NCBI GenBank assembly: GCA_020536535.1
Contig: JAHLWZ010000840.1
Location: 1-64,000, forward strand
DNA length: 64,000 nucleotides
Reading direction: 5' to 3'
Source of the DNA: Pelomyxa schiedti
Lineage: Eukaryota; Protista; Evosea
In this document: piece after piece, positions 49,925 to 63,126 of the stretch
How the letters are laid out: the number at the start of each line of letters is the position of its first letter
How positions within the stretch are numbered: the stretch's first letter is position 1
Made by a program: the position numbers and the translations under genes
The notes under the pieces: generated by a model
Databases searched by the model: none
Told to the model about the DNA's origin: nothing
What the model saw: the letters and a program-made list of their open reading frames with translations, nothing else

Positions 49925-52900
49925 ATGTGGAACAAGAAGGTGCTCTAGCCCCTTTGTTGTTTGTATCTAACAACAGCGGACTATTCAACAGCCCTTCGTC
50001 ACGCCGTTCAAGGTTCCGCCTGCGTCAGAAAGCACGAACTCGAACGCGCCTGGGTCTGCATCTTCGTCATTGCCTTCGCGATCTTGCTCTACGCATGATG
50101 TTAGTACTAAGACGGTCGGACCCACGGCACCCATTATTGGCGGGGGGGCGAAGAAGCCGTTCGTCACGCCGTTCAAGACTCCCTTTAAGTCTGCTGTTGC
50201 ACCTCTCCAGGATGACTGTACCGACAGCAAGACGGAACCACAACTCAGCGGCTCTAATTCTACTTCTACTGCGTCTGTTGCTACAACTACCACCAACAGC
50301 GCTCCGCCCACACGAAAAGTCGCAACGCCGGCGGTGTTGCCACGTTCCACCTCTTCTTCACCTCCATCCAGTGTCAATACCCAGTCCAATTCACAAAAGG
50401 GTGCTGCAAACTCGACTGCACCAGGCTCTGGGGCAGTGGAACGGGGCTTCTCTGTAATGTGGTGCCAGGTATAGCTACTAATATTCTAGCCTCCTGAAAA
50501 TTCACTCACACGTTGTTGTCATGCAGTACACCACTAAAAAGCACAAGACCATGAGTGACGGGTAGGACTGGTTCCCTTGCCCTGTGTGTTGCTCACAATT
50601 ATTTCTCAGATACCTTTCCATCAAAGGCAACCTGTGGACTTTAAAAGACAGGTATTGCAACACGTTTATGCCCTCTTGTCTGACCTGACTTAGTGATGGG
50701 AAAGAGTTAGGGCGATCCTCAACAGTTTCCCACAAGCAGTTGACCTCTTTCCTTGAGGTTTAGTGTTGCTTCTTACCACTCTGCTCTTACATTAATTTTG
50801 CAGGGCACCCTAATACAAGTGTTCGGTAAAATGATAGAATTTGACAGTGAACTTGAACCTCAAAAAATCCATGACGGAAGTTTATTCTCTGAAAAAGCCA
50901 GTACTGTAACACCTCTTGTGCAAGCACCTGTGTCTGTGTTGCGTAACAGTACATTGGTACACATTTCAACAAACACTGTGAATTACCCACTTTTTTCCCT
51001 CTAGCCCAAATATGCCCCCAGACCACCACCGATTCCAATGCATGACCCCAACCGCCCTGGTGCTGTTGTATTAGATCCTGGAGGTGATGGAAAACTTCCA
51101 GTAGTTTTGGACCCATATGTTGCTGTATTTATTTATTATAGAATATTTATTATTCTCACATTACCAATTTTTAGAAAAAAATGCGTCCTCATCAGATTGC
51201 TGGCGTGAAATTCATGTATGAATGTGTAGTAGGGAAAAAAGATCCTTCCCAGCATGGTTGCTTGCTTGCTGATGGTATCTTCCAAATTCCAAACGAATAT
51301 TAATTCAATCTTCTTGGCAGAGATGGGACTCGGTAAAACATTACAAGCATTGGCTCTTGTGTGGACACTTCTCAAGCAGGTGAGACTAATCACTCTGTCT
51401 TGAGTGACAATGTTCCAGGGACCCCATGGCCCGACAATTAGAAAAGCAGTAATTGTTTGTCCCACCACCCTTATTGGGACATGGACTGGTGAATTCACCA
51501 AGTGGCTTGGCTCTGAGAGAGTCATTATGGCTGCAATGCTTAATGAGTCTACAAAGGAGCAAGTACAACAAGTATCCAAGTCCCCTACTTCCAGCAGTTA
51601 ACAGTCAAATCCAGGTCATTACAAATTTCAATTTAGATGTGAAACCAATTCTTGTTATTAGCTATGAGCAGCTGCGAAATCACATTGCAAAACTTGATAT
51701 AACCAAAGTCGGGCTACTAATTTGTGATGAAGGGCACAGGTACTGTATGTGAAGGAACCTTTATCCCCTAATGTGTAAGTAGGCTTAAGAATTCTGCATC
51801 GAAGACAACCCAAGCCTTATATACAATGTGCAACAGAAGAGTAATACTATCTGGTACAATTTTGCTTATAGTTTAAACTCTTGAGTGATGAATCAAAGGA
51901 ACTCCCATTCAAAATGATCTTGGTGAATTTTATACTGTTGTTGATTTTTGTTGTCCAGGATTGTTGGGGTATGGTCTTCTTTTTTTTTTCCCCTGGAAAT
52001 GAGGGCTCATTCTCTACAGGCCACTTCCTGAATTCAAAGTAAGATTTCAGAAGCCAATTGAACGAAGCTTGGTTCCCAATTCTACCGCGGAAGAACGCCA
52101 AATTGGGGAAGAATGTGTTAAAGAGTTGACGGGAATTCTCGACCCTTTTATCCTGCGACGCTTGTCCACAATTCTGATTGATTTTTTGCCTCCCAAGACT
52201 GAACATGTTTGCAGTCTCCTGAAGTTTACACCAAAGTCAAGAGCAGAACCTAAGTTGCACACTAGATCATTCTATGCAAGTTGACTGAACTTCAGACAAA
52301 CTTGTACACTCATACTCTACACTCTAAAAAGCTTGCAAGCATACTTTCTGATTCTAGATCCAGTAAGGTTGTAACCAAACTTCCACGAAGTAGTGATTGA
52401 TTACTCTCTAGGGTCTTGTATGTTTACAGGGACTTGTAAAACTATGCAATCATCCTCAACTACTTCTTCCCAAAGACGGTGCTGAATTGCCTGAAATGTT
52501 TGCGGGAATTACGGAGTTACTTCCACCAGATATGTCCAACTTGGAAGTAAACACGCTCTCTTCTAAGATGGCTGTGATGGATGGAATTCTCACATCACTG
52601 AAAGAGCGGACACAAGATAAAGTATGAAATTGTATCTTATATACATCGAATCATTTTCTTGAAAGGTAGTTATTGTATCCAATTACACCAAGTGTCTCAA
52701 TGTAATCGAGCTTATTCTCCAAAAACGAGACATAAAGTGGTTACGGCTCGATGGCTCTACACCTGCAACTGCGAGACAGGGTCTAGTCAAGTCGTTCAAT
52801 TCTCCCTCTTCACCTTTCATGGTTTTCTTGCTTTCCACTAAGGCTGGTGGTGTTGGGTTGAATTTGACTGGAGCAAATCGATTTATTCTGTTCGATCCAG

Positions 52901-53916
52901 GTTAAGTCAAAGAATAGTTGAAGGATTCTAAATCATTAAGGCTGGAATCCCGCTCATGACAGACAGGCTATCGCTCGTGTGTGGCGTGATGGTCAAAAGA
53001 AGCCTGTTTTTGTTATTCCAACCTCTAAGATATGTCCTTACTTATAACACTCAAGATATACCGTCTCCTGAGCACTGGGACTATTGAAGAAAAAATATTC
53101 CAACGGCAATTGGCAAAGCAACACCTTTCAAGTAACCTGGTTGCTGATCATTTAGTTGAGCGGGCATCGTTTGAACCAGAATTTTTGCACAAGATTTTTA
53201 CCTTCAATTCTACAACACTATGTGATACCCATGATGCTATAGGATGTCAGTGCATTAATGAGGTAATATCAAATAGTTGTTTGTCAAAATCCTTTTTTTT
53301 TTCTAACGTATTTGCAGACAAGTGTCTCGAAGCCGGTACTCCTCCTACTATGTTTTTCAATTTTTCACTGCCAAAAGAATGCCGATGAACGGGCTCGTAA
53401 GTACCTTTCCCAATTGAAGCACACACCAGATGTGAAAACTGTCGGGGATACAATACTGTCAAGCCTTAGTGCACCTGTTTCCAAGGTTAATACTTTCGGT
53501 TTTTCTCACCTCAGACCCATCTTACACCTCAGATGATTTCCTTCGTCATGTGGGGAGGACACTCACCACAAGTAGACGCCCCCCCTGTATGCACTTCCAC
53601 GACCGTAACAACCCCCAGTTCCCCACCACGTGATGACCCCGCTGCCGATGACTACGAGTGGCTTGAGAAGGCTTTAGAGGAGGGAGGAGAACCCAATTCA
53701 CCATCGCCATCGCCATCACCACCACCAAAAACCAAGACACCCGATCATGATGACGACAAGGAAGAGGCGGATTCAGGATCAGCATCCAGCTCCAGCAGTG
53801 AAGAGAATAAGTCCAGTGATGCCAGTTCCGGCAGTAGCAGCAGCTCTGAGCAGGAAAGTGAACCTGAGGACAAACCACCGGCTCCACAGCCGAAGAGACT
53901 GCGCCGAAGACTATGA
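49925..53916 (+). CDS. RAD54/RAD54B-like SNF2-family DNA translocase
   Basis: [96 protein letters not shown]. Confidence 0.93.
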
Positions 53917-54046
53917 AAAACAAGTTTTTTGTTTGGTGTAAACCTCTTCCTTCCAAAACGCAACAAGAGAGTTTGTTTCGTTAAGTTAATTTTGTTTTGT
54001 TTTTGTCAATGAGAAACAGTTTGAGGGAGAGGCCTCCCAGTTGGAA

Positions 54047-56832
54047 TCAATCGTTTTCTGTGTGGATGTTCAGGGTGTATTTTGAGGCTTGGGCCAGTTT
54101 TGGGTTGGTGCTATTGGTGTGTGTCTTCAATTTTGGTGCTAAACACAACGTTTTGGCTCGAGTTTGAACGTCGTGATCCTGAATCTGGTGTAGAGTTAGG
54201 TTTCAGCAACGGTGTTCACTGTCATACAAGAGTCCCAGCAGCTACAACTAGGTTGAGGGCTATTCTTTCATCTTTTTCTGAATCTAGCATCTGTACCAAT
54301 TGAGAAAAACAGTTACGTGTACTGGACGCACTTGACAAACTGAAGTTATGCAATGTATTTTGCAGGCATCATTCTTTACAGTCGCAAGGCTGTAAGGGAG
54401 TGAGCAGAAAGAAATGATGAAGGAAAGTTGGAGGTGCACTTGACTAATAAGGCGGAAACAGCTGCTCGGAGAGAGATGTCAGGTGAAGGAATTGCGCCGG
54501 TTATTCTCCCCCACAAGTTTTGGCTTTCACAAAGGAAGATATATTCGGGGACACTTTACAAGTGTTATTCTGAGGAAGAAAACAAGGGAACTTACGAAAG
54601 AGCATTGACGGCAAGTCTCAAAGCGAGTAATTGATTTGAAAACGGGCTCGTTTTAGGTGCCAAGGCAAATGATCCTAGCTTTGAAATAAGATTCTAATTG
54701 CCCACACCCAAACGTACGATCAAGAATAGGAATCTTCCGCTGAACAAAATATGCAGCAACATTTGGGAAACAAAGCAGTAATCGAAAGATATCCAAAACT
54801 TATTAAGAACATTAAATAGGCCTAACGTGAAAGGGGCTACCTGGGAATGCACTCGTAATTTGGGTGGCTAGCATTGACGCAATAGGAAGAGCGTCAAGAA
54901 GTGGAAGTATATCCGACTCTTGAATATTCGGATTGCTCAAGTGTGCAATCAGAGATAGGATGGCAGATTGTTCCTTTGGCGAATATCGGGATTCCTGTCC
55001 GCTTGTTGATTGAGGGAGAAAATCAACACAGTTATAAGTGTAGGAGGTATTACGTTTTGGAAATTCATTGCAATAAATTTTTCTTTGAAGTTAGGAGGAA
55101 GGCTCTTCTTAAATTTGATTAATTTTACCTGCACTTGGATGAGTGTTTCATAAAAGGAATGAAGAGGGAACATTTGGTATTAAACTGCAGTTCAACTCTT
55201 GTGATTGTGCATCTGGGAGGAGCTGTAATTCTTGGGGGGTAGGGGGAGTCCCTAGCTTGGAATTATGCACAGCCGTTTTCACAGCTATTTGAAATGAATT
55301 GGGATGAAAAAGACTATGAGAAATGGTAGGTAATACATTTTTGCACATGAATCCAAAGCCTATTTGCTAAGGTCAAGGAATTCTCTAAAACATGAAGTCC
55401 TTGTCGGAGAAGGTACTTCTGAATCTCAGCTTGGATATTTTGCTCTGCAAGCAGTTAGAACAGATGTTTCCGCACCGTAGTTATTGTTAACCTGTGAAAT
55501 CGAAAGGGAAAAATGTAAGCTGACTCCCAACCATGATTGGTAAGACAAGGTCATAGTATCGTTGATCGTCGGGGTTTAGCTCCTTGACCCACCCTGGGTA
55601 TTGCTTAGAGAAGAGGAACTTTATTTCTTTTGAGACCTTGAACCACCATTGGCTCTTCTGCTGTCTCATCTGATTCTAAATATTCTTGAAGCTTTGGAGG
55701 TTTCACTTCTTCATCTACCAGGATATATTTCCTCTTCAGGGTTTCTTGATTGTCTAAAGTACTCGGATCGGTAGGGGGAAAATCTTTGAGATACACTCTG
55801 GGCAGATTTGTGAATTTATAATCCGACCCAACAACCGTCAAAAGAGGAACAAAGTGTTGCTGTAGATATTGAGTTGAAAGTCACCAAAAGGAATAAATGG
55901 TACATGAGATTCATGGTTCCAGGAAAGAAAAACGGGCCGCTTAGTGCATACATCAGGTTGAAGACGAAGTGGTAAAATGGTTGCTGCGGCACCTCCTCCA
56001 CCTTGCCCCAGTTCAGTCTTAGGCATTGAGACTTTGCTTTAGAATGGGTTAAGAGCATACATCTTTCAGGCCAGCAAAAATTACAATCGGACGACGAATT
56101 GCATTGGAAAGAGCCTGCACATGAATGTATTCAAGAGCCTGTCCATCAGTTTCGGCAATTTTCAAAACCTACAAAACAATCAGTCCAATACCAAAAGCAA
56201 CCCAGGAGCCCACGAAACCTGGTCCCAATCTCCCATAACCCTCTCTTGGTACCACTCTTTCTGGGCTGACATCTCTGAATGGACCAAGCTGCGCAAGAGC
56301 GGGTGATATTCATCCATCCCCCACAATGCAGTGCCCACAGCTCTAACGAGGCAGTTCCCGTCCCCTGTTGTAGTGTAGGGCACAACTAGCTGTGGAATAG
56401 GATCAATTCCATCATGCATAAATGCCCCAGTAAGGTACTCCTTTGTTTGTTTATTTTGTAGTGAGCCAAAAGTAAGACCACAAGAGGAAGGAGGTGGAGG
56501 GGGAAAGGGGGAAAAAAAAAAGTGGGACACACCACAGCTTCTTTGTCACAAAGAGCTTCTCGTTTCTTTGCACTAGCAACAAAAACAGGCGGGATCTAAG
56601 CAACGAGATTATGCCGAGATGCGTGCGTTCGTATTGATTTATATTGGAGTTATATGCCCCACGCGACTCGTCGTGTGATGCCAATCAAGCCTCTTACGGT
56701 TCATATTTTCAAAAGTTGTTTTTGGTTTGACACCTGAAACGTGGTGCTGGGGTCTGGGCGTGGCTCGGTTTTTACCAAGAGTTTCTTAGCCGTGCACAGA
56801 ACACAAATGCCCAACGACGTAGGGAGATGCAT
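54047..56832 (-). CDS. OTU-family (VCPIP1/A20-like) deubiquitinase fused to PFU and PUL domains
   Basis: OTU TGDGNCLVRAV, ALSNAIRRPIVI, YHFV; PFU-like YYDLVLPIMVG...FPFD...KYLLRQGL; PUL FPVLDIFRLLL, NQLLALRLAVN, NLVVAAGTL; 5' exons approximate. Confidence 0.8.
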
Positions 56833-57110
56833 GGGTTTTTTTTTTTTTCTTTTTCTGAGTTGGGAACCAAGTTGGGCCGGGGGAATTCATGAGGGAATCT
56901 TGTCATCTGAGGGGACTTCGGCAGCTTGATGTATGCCACGCGCACAAGGGATGGTGGAGGATTGGCAGATGGGATCCACAAGACCTTGATCGGGAATCAG
57001 CTGGAATCTCTGAAAATGAAGTTTTGAGAGAAGCTTGATTCTTCTTCTAACCAGTTGATAACAGTGGTCTTAGAAGAATACGAAAAACAAACGAAATTCT
57101 CGCTCCTAGG

Positions 57111-58990
57111 ATGCATTCCGCAGTCGCGCACGCCCAATCTAACAACTTCGCCCTGCTGGCCGTATGTCTATCTAACGACACGCTTTGCGTTTTTGTTTTT
57201 TTTTTTTTCCGGCGTTTTTTTTTTTCCCTTCTCATGTGTGGGCAATGTTGCTAACGAATATATATACAAAAAAAAAAAATTAAAATTAAAAAAAAAGTTT
57301 GGAGCCCAGCTTATGATACTGATTCTCTTTGGATGCTGCACTGAGTATTGTGACGATGCAAAGGTAACAACTGGCGACCCTGTGGACCACGAGTACGAGG
57401 GCTTACATGAGTACACATACTTCAGCGACGTTCACATCATGATCTTTGTTGGATTCGGGTTCCTTATGACTTTTTTGAAGAAATACGGATTTAGTGCTGT
57501 TGCCTTCAATTTCTTCCTGAGTGCTTTGGCGTTTCAGTGGGCAATTTTAGTAAATGGGTTCTGGAACTGTGTTAATGCTCATGAGTGGGTCAGGATACCA
57601 GTCTCCATTGAATCGTGAGATCCCCCTTAAACTCATCTTAACCCTAATGATACACAAGAATTATTGAGGGTGACTTTGCTGCTGGTTCCGTTATGATTTC
57701 GTTTGGTGCTGTCATAGGAAAAGTTTCCACTGTTCAACTGACTATAATGACCATAATACATCTAATTGTTTATGGTGCAAATAAAGTTATATTGGAGAGG
57801 GAACTCGAGATTGTAGGTAGAGTGCATTGTCCTTCATCCCTTTGCTTTTTTGTTTTTTAAATATTAGACAAGATATTGGAGGATCCCTTGTCATCCATGC
57901 CTTTGGTGCCTATTTTGGCCTCACTGTGAGTAGGATTGTTTCTCCAAAGGCTTCAAAAACGAATGACGACTGCGGCTCTGTTTATCACTCCGACCTTTTT
58001 GCCATGATTGGTATACTTACCATGCATTTAAGTCGTTCATTAGAACCAATGCTTAGCTCAAAATAGGAACTATATTCCTCTGGATCATGTGGCCCAGCTT
58101 CAACGCTGCTCTTGCTGGAGAAAATTCTAAGCAGGAACGAACAATTCTAAATACAGCCATCAGCTTGGCGGCCTGCTGCGTTGTAGCCTTTGCTTTGTCA
58201 CAAATGACACGGCCCCATCATCACTTTGACATGGTATGCTTCCATTGGTCTCCATTTATAACACATTTGTAGGTTGATATTCAAAATGCCACGCTCGCCG
58301 GAGGTGTTGCCGTCGGCGCATCAGCATGCATGAATCTGTATTTAGTTGGTGCAATGGCAATTGGTATCACAGCAGGAACAATTAGCACCTTGGGATTCCG
58401 CTATCTCCAACCATTCCTACAGAACCGTTTTGGATTACATGACACTTGTGGAGTTTGTATTCAATTTGTCTTACCTTTTCGCTCACGGGCCAATAGGTCC
58501 ACAACTTGCACGGTATGCCAGGTCTGCTTGGTGGGTTGTGTGCCGTCATAGCAGCTGCCATTGTAAAGCAGGAGGATTATGGGACAACTGAAAGCGAGGC
58601 ACTTGAAAACATTGGCGTTGTTTTCCCAGAAATGGGAACAGGAAGGTCCGCCAGTGAACAAGCTCTTTGCCAGGTAACACATTACAATCCTAGTATAATG
58701 ATAACAATAGCATACCTAAAACTAACAAACAACAAACAAACAAAAAAAAAAAAAAAACACAGTTAGCGGGAATTGGCGTAACTCTCGGAATGGCCCTCGT
58801 TGGTGGCGCTATTGCCGGTGGAGTACTGTCCATACCTGGGATTCAAGGAAAGCCCGAGACGTTCTACCACGACATGGAGTACTGGCACATGCCCGACTGG
58901 GACACCGACCTCGAGAAGGCCGCTGCTCTCGAAGGCGCGGACGCTCCCGCCGACGAGTCCAAGGACAAGGACAAGGACGTGTCTCTCTAA
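57111..58990 (+). CDS. Rh-type ammonium transporter (Amt/Mep/Rh family)
   Basis: [76 protein letters not shown]. Confidence 0.95.
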
Positions 58991-59161
58991 CGACGATGAG
59001 AGCACGCCGGCGTGTTGCTTTTGTTACTTTCAGCAAAAAGATGTGTCTTAAACAAACAAATCCTTTCTTTTACTTACTTTCTTGTAAACTTGTGTTTTTT
59101 CTTCGTCGGTGTGCAGATGGAAAGATGGACAGATGGAAGGAAGTTGCCGAGAAAGGCAAAC

Positions 59162-60055
59162 TCACTCCATTCCCCAAAGGTCGACAATGAGCATGTACTT
59201 GCCATTCTCTCCTGTCATCCTTCCTACAGGGTTTTTATTTTGACAAATGGGGAAAAAGTACAAGGACGACCACCTGCAAGGCCAACTCCTTTTTCTTGAT
59301 CTTCCAGGCGTAACTCCCCTTCATTTGCCTTTTTGGATCCCTCTTCCATCGACTTGCGTAGTTCGTCATCAGTGGCCTTGTATTGTGTGTTGATTGAAGC
59401 GCTAAGGCAGGAAGAACTTACCCCTCTCTCCATTATCTTGATGTTGAAGTGATCTTCGTGTGCCCGCTGTGTGTATCTCACGCTCCACATTATGCACACT
59501 CGTAAGCCACTTTTTGGGTGATTAAACCGCAAGTGAATTGAATCAAATCACGCAATTACCTATCAGAAATATCTAGGTAGGTATTAGAAATTAAGTTTGA
59601 AGTTAGGGAATACCATAGGAGAAGACCCCACTTGTTCCTCGCAATGTAACAGGGCTCTTAGCGAATAATGAACCAGTACCCATTTCTGCCTGTTACGATG
59701 TTAGTATGAATTTATCAGGCTTGTGCACTATACCTCAACTGTTTCAGCGTCAGGAATTTTAGTGCTTTCCATTCCCTTTCGCCTATTAACACCATTGTAT
59801 GCTAGAGGCGATACGTACGTGAGCAACGTATACTTGTCGATTAACGAGATTGTCCTCATGCAGCCAGTTGTTTAGCACTAGAGGCTGTTAATAATTTCCT
59901 TTGAGGAAATACAGAGATCATACCTACGCCACAGGCCCTTCTGTGTTCGTGTCCTTTCAGGAGCTCAGCTACTTTGTTTGCAATCCTAGGACAATCAGTA
60001 ACAAGAAATTGTAAGGTCTTGTCTCTCACTCATCACCAGCCTTGATCTGTGACAT
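59162..60055 (-). CDS. Actinoporin-like (sea-anemone cytolysin fold) protein
   Basis: Spliced product: RRACG..LVLNN...VYVAHG...SLFAKSPVTLRGTSGVFSY...IMWSVRY...HFNIKI...GLAGRMTGENGKYMLIVDL*; motif order matches actinoporins (RKIAVGVDN; TYFRSG; GAVGVLAY; VLFSVPY; WWNVRI; GFM...ILEIHV). Confidence 0.7.
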
Positions 60056-60541
60056 TGGTAGCTGTTATATTTTTTTTGTAATGTTATGATTTTTGAGGAT
60101 CTCGAGTCTTATTTATTGCCTGTGCAGGGCAATACTGTCAAATGCAGAAAGTTGAGAAAAAAAGGAACACAGTGGCGTCAAAAGTTTCATAGGATAAAAT
60201 TGAAAACTGGACTGACCACAGAGGTGGCAGTGCAGTGCCCGTGCAACCAGTACAACACCAACTTGGCGGCAGAGTCAGAACATGCAAAAAAATTCTTGGT
60301 TTCAACCGATCAGTTTCTTGAAACAGGCGAAAAAAACGAGGCCCAACGGGGCGAATGATCCGTCGTTGCCACGGCCATAAGGTGGTGCTGAGCACGAGGC
60401 AATTCCCCCGCCTGTATTATCTATCAGAAAAGGTGTTTGCAATCTATAATGGCTCTGTTCTGTTGTACTATGCCACGCTGCTTGCTGCTGCTTGCTGCTA
60501 TCCCCAAATGTGATATGCTGCCAGACCCACCCAAACTCCCA

Positions 60542-60627
60542 GCTCCAAAATGCACCGCTCCAAATGCTCCCAAATGCACCGCTCCAAATGCTCCCAAATG
60601 CTCCTTGTGCTGCTCCAAATGCACCGC
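60542..60627. repeat. Short minisatellite, 24-bp unit caaatgcaccgctccaaatgctcc
   Basis: Two near-full units (60547-60594) plus partial flanking copies. Confidence 0.85.
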
Positions 60628-62043
60628 CACACGTATGATTCTCACTGTAAGTGTCGCACATTATGCCACCGCTGCTCTTCCACTGTTTCTTTTTTTTTAA
60701 TTATTGTTTTTTTTGTATTTTTTCCTTAAAAAACGAAAATTTGGGCGCCAAACCCAAATTTTGGAGGAAAGCAGCGATACCCCAACTTGGAGTCAAGGTA
60801 CATGTGCTGCACATGGAGTTCCACAACCGGGCAAACAGTCCAATGGAAAAAAAAAAACCAAATTTTTTTGCTGCGTTGGTATTGCGTTAATGCCTTAAGT
60901 GGCACATTACAAAAGGGGAATGACGTGGACAAAGGGTAAGTGTGCAATGTGGTGAAGACCTTGAGAGCAGTCTTGTTGTGATTGCGTAGGCTGTTGCGTA
61001 GTGTATATATATAATTATTATTGGTTGCAGTGGTGCTGTGATGGAGGCTGCTGATAGTGGTTGTTGTGATCCGCAGGCAGATACCTGGGATTTGTCTCCA
61101 CCAGTGATGATCATGAGGTTTCCATTCATCCACGCATCAGGGATGATGTTACTTGGCTGACCATGAAAGTGAACCACGACCGGTTGTAGTCGGTGGTTGT
61201 TGTTGGGAGTTGTGCGCAATTGCTGCCAGTTCGGCACTGCTCGCATTGGATCAAGACGGTTCGGGTGCAGTCCTCGTAAATGACTTTTCTGGGGAGGCTC
61301 TGTGCATGTCATACCACTCTGCAGCACTGAGTGTGGGGAATACAAATTCTGTCCAACATGCTGGACTCTGCCAGACTGCATCCAATTGACAAAATATGTA
61401 TTGTGAAGAAGACCTTCCCACCTTACAATTTGGTGAGCTCTCAACTCCTTTGAATTTGTATGAGTTTATGACATAGAAAAAGAAAAAGGACCTGCTGGCT
61501 GATTATGCTGTGAAGAACTCTTGAACACATTTCGGTGACAACTAGACTCAGTGTAAGGACGGTCCAACAGGCTTTGCAAGAAGCGATATACAACCTTTTT
61601 AAAACAAGGCAACTCACTCATTTTCATTGCGAGACAGGCAAGACTCGACATCCTCCGCATTCACAGCAAAAGCTGGTGCATTTTCGGAAGCACTCAGGGG
61701 TGCGCGCCTTGAGTTGGCACAGTGGCTTGCCTGGCGTGTTGATTGAAGTTGGTTCGAAATGTACGGCGGGGATGCCTGTCACACCGAATGCCATGGGAAC
61801 CTCGACTCGAGGATTTGTTCTTCGAGAAGAACAACCTCAGAACCCACCGGCACACAGCCTCGAACACGATCCCCGAGAGGAAATTCTCCTGCGCGTAGGA
61901 GAGGACATCACCCCCCGTTCCCGCATGCACACTCTCCTTGAAAGGCGAGTGACTCCCTGAGGGCACACAACTGTGTGGCCGGTGATGCGGAACAAGAGAG
62001 GCCTCTTCGGTACAGAAGGGACAAATTTTTTTCCTTTCGTTTT

Positions 62044-62928
<885 letters not shown>

Positions 62929-63126
62929 TGTTCGTTTGTTGGTTATTGGGCAACAGATATGTGATTTGGGTCCCCCCTCAACCAGTCCTGGTGGGGCATC
63001 TGAACCCGCAGAGTTGGAGAAACTCGTTGACTGCAGTGTCTCAAGGGAGAGGGTGTGAGACGCCCTGCCTGAGATGGATTTCGACCCGTACTGAGCCAAC
63101 GGAATTTCGCAGTATTGCTCGAAGCA

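Noticed and set aside
60542-60627. Possible CRISPR-like array
   Set aside because: Units are contiguous with no unique spacers, no cas genes, and the context is eukaryotic.
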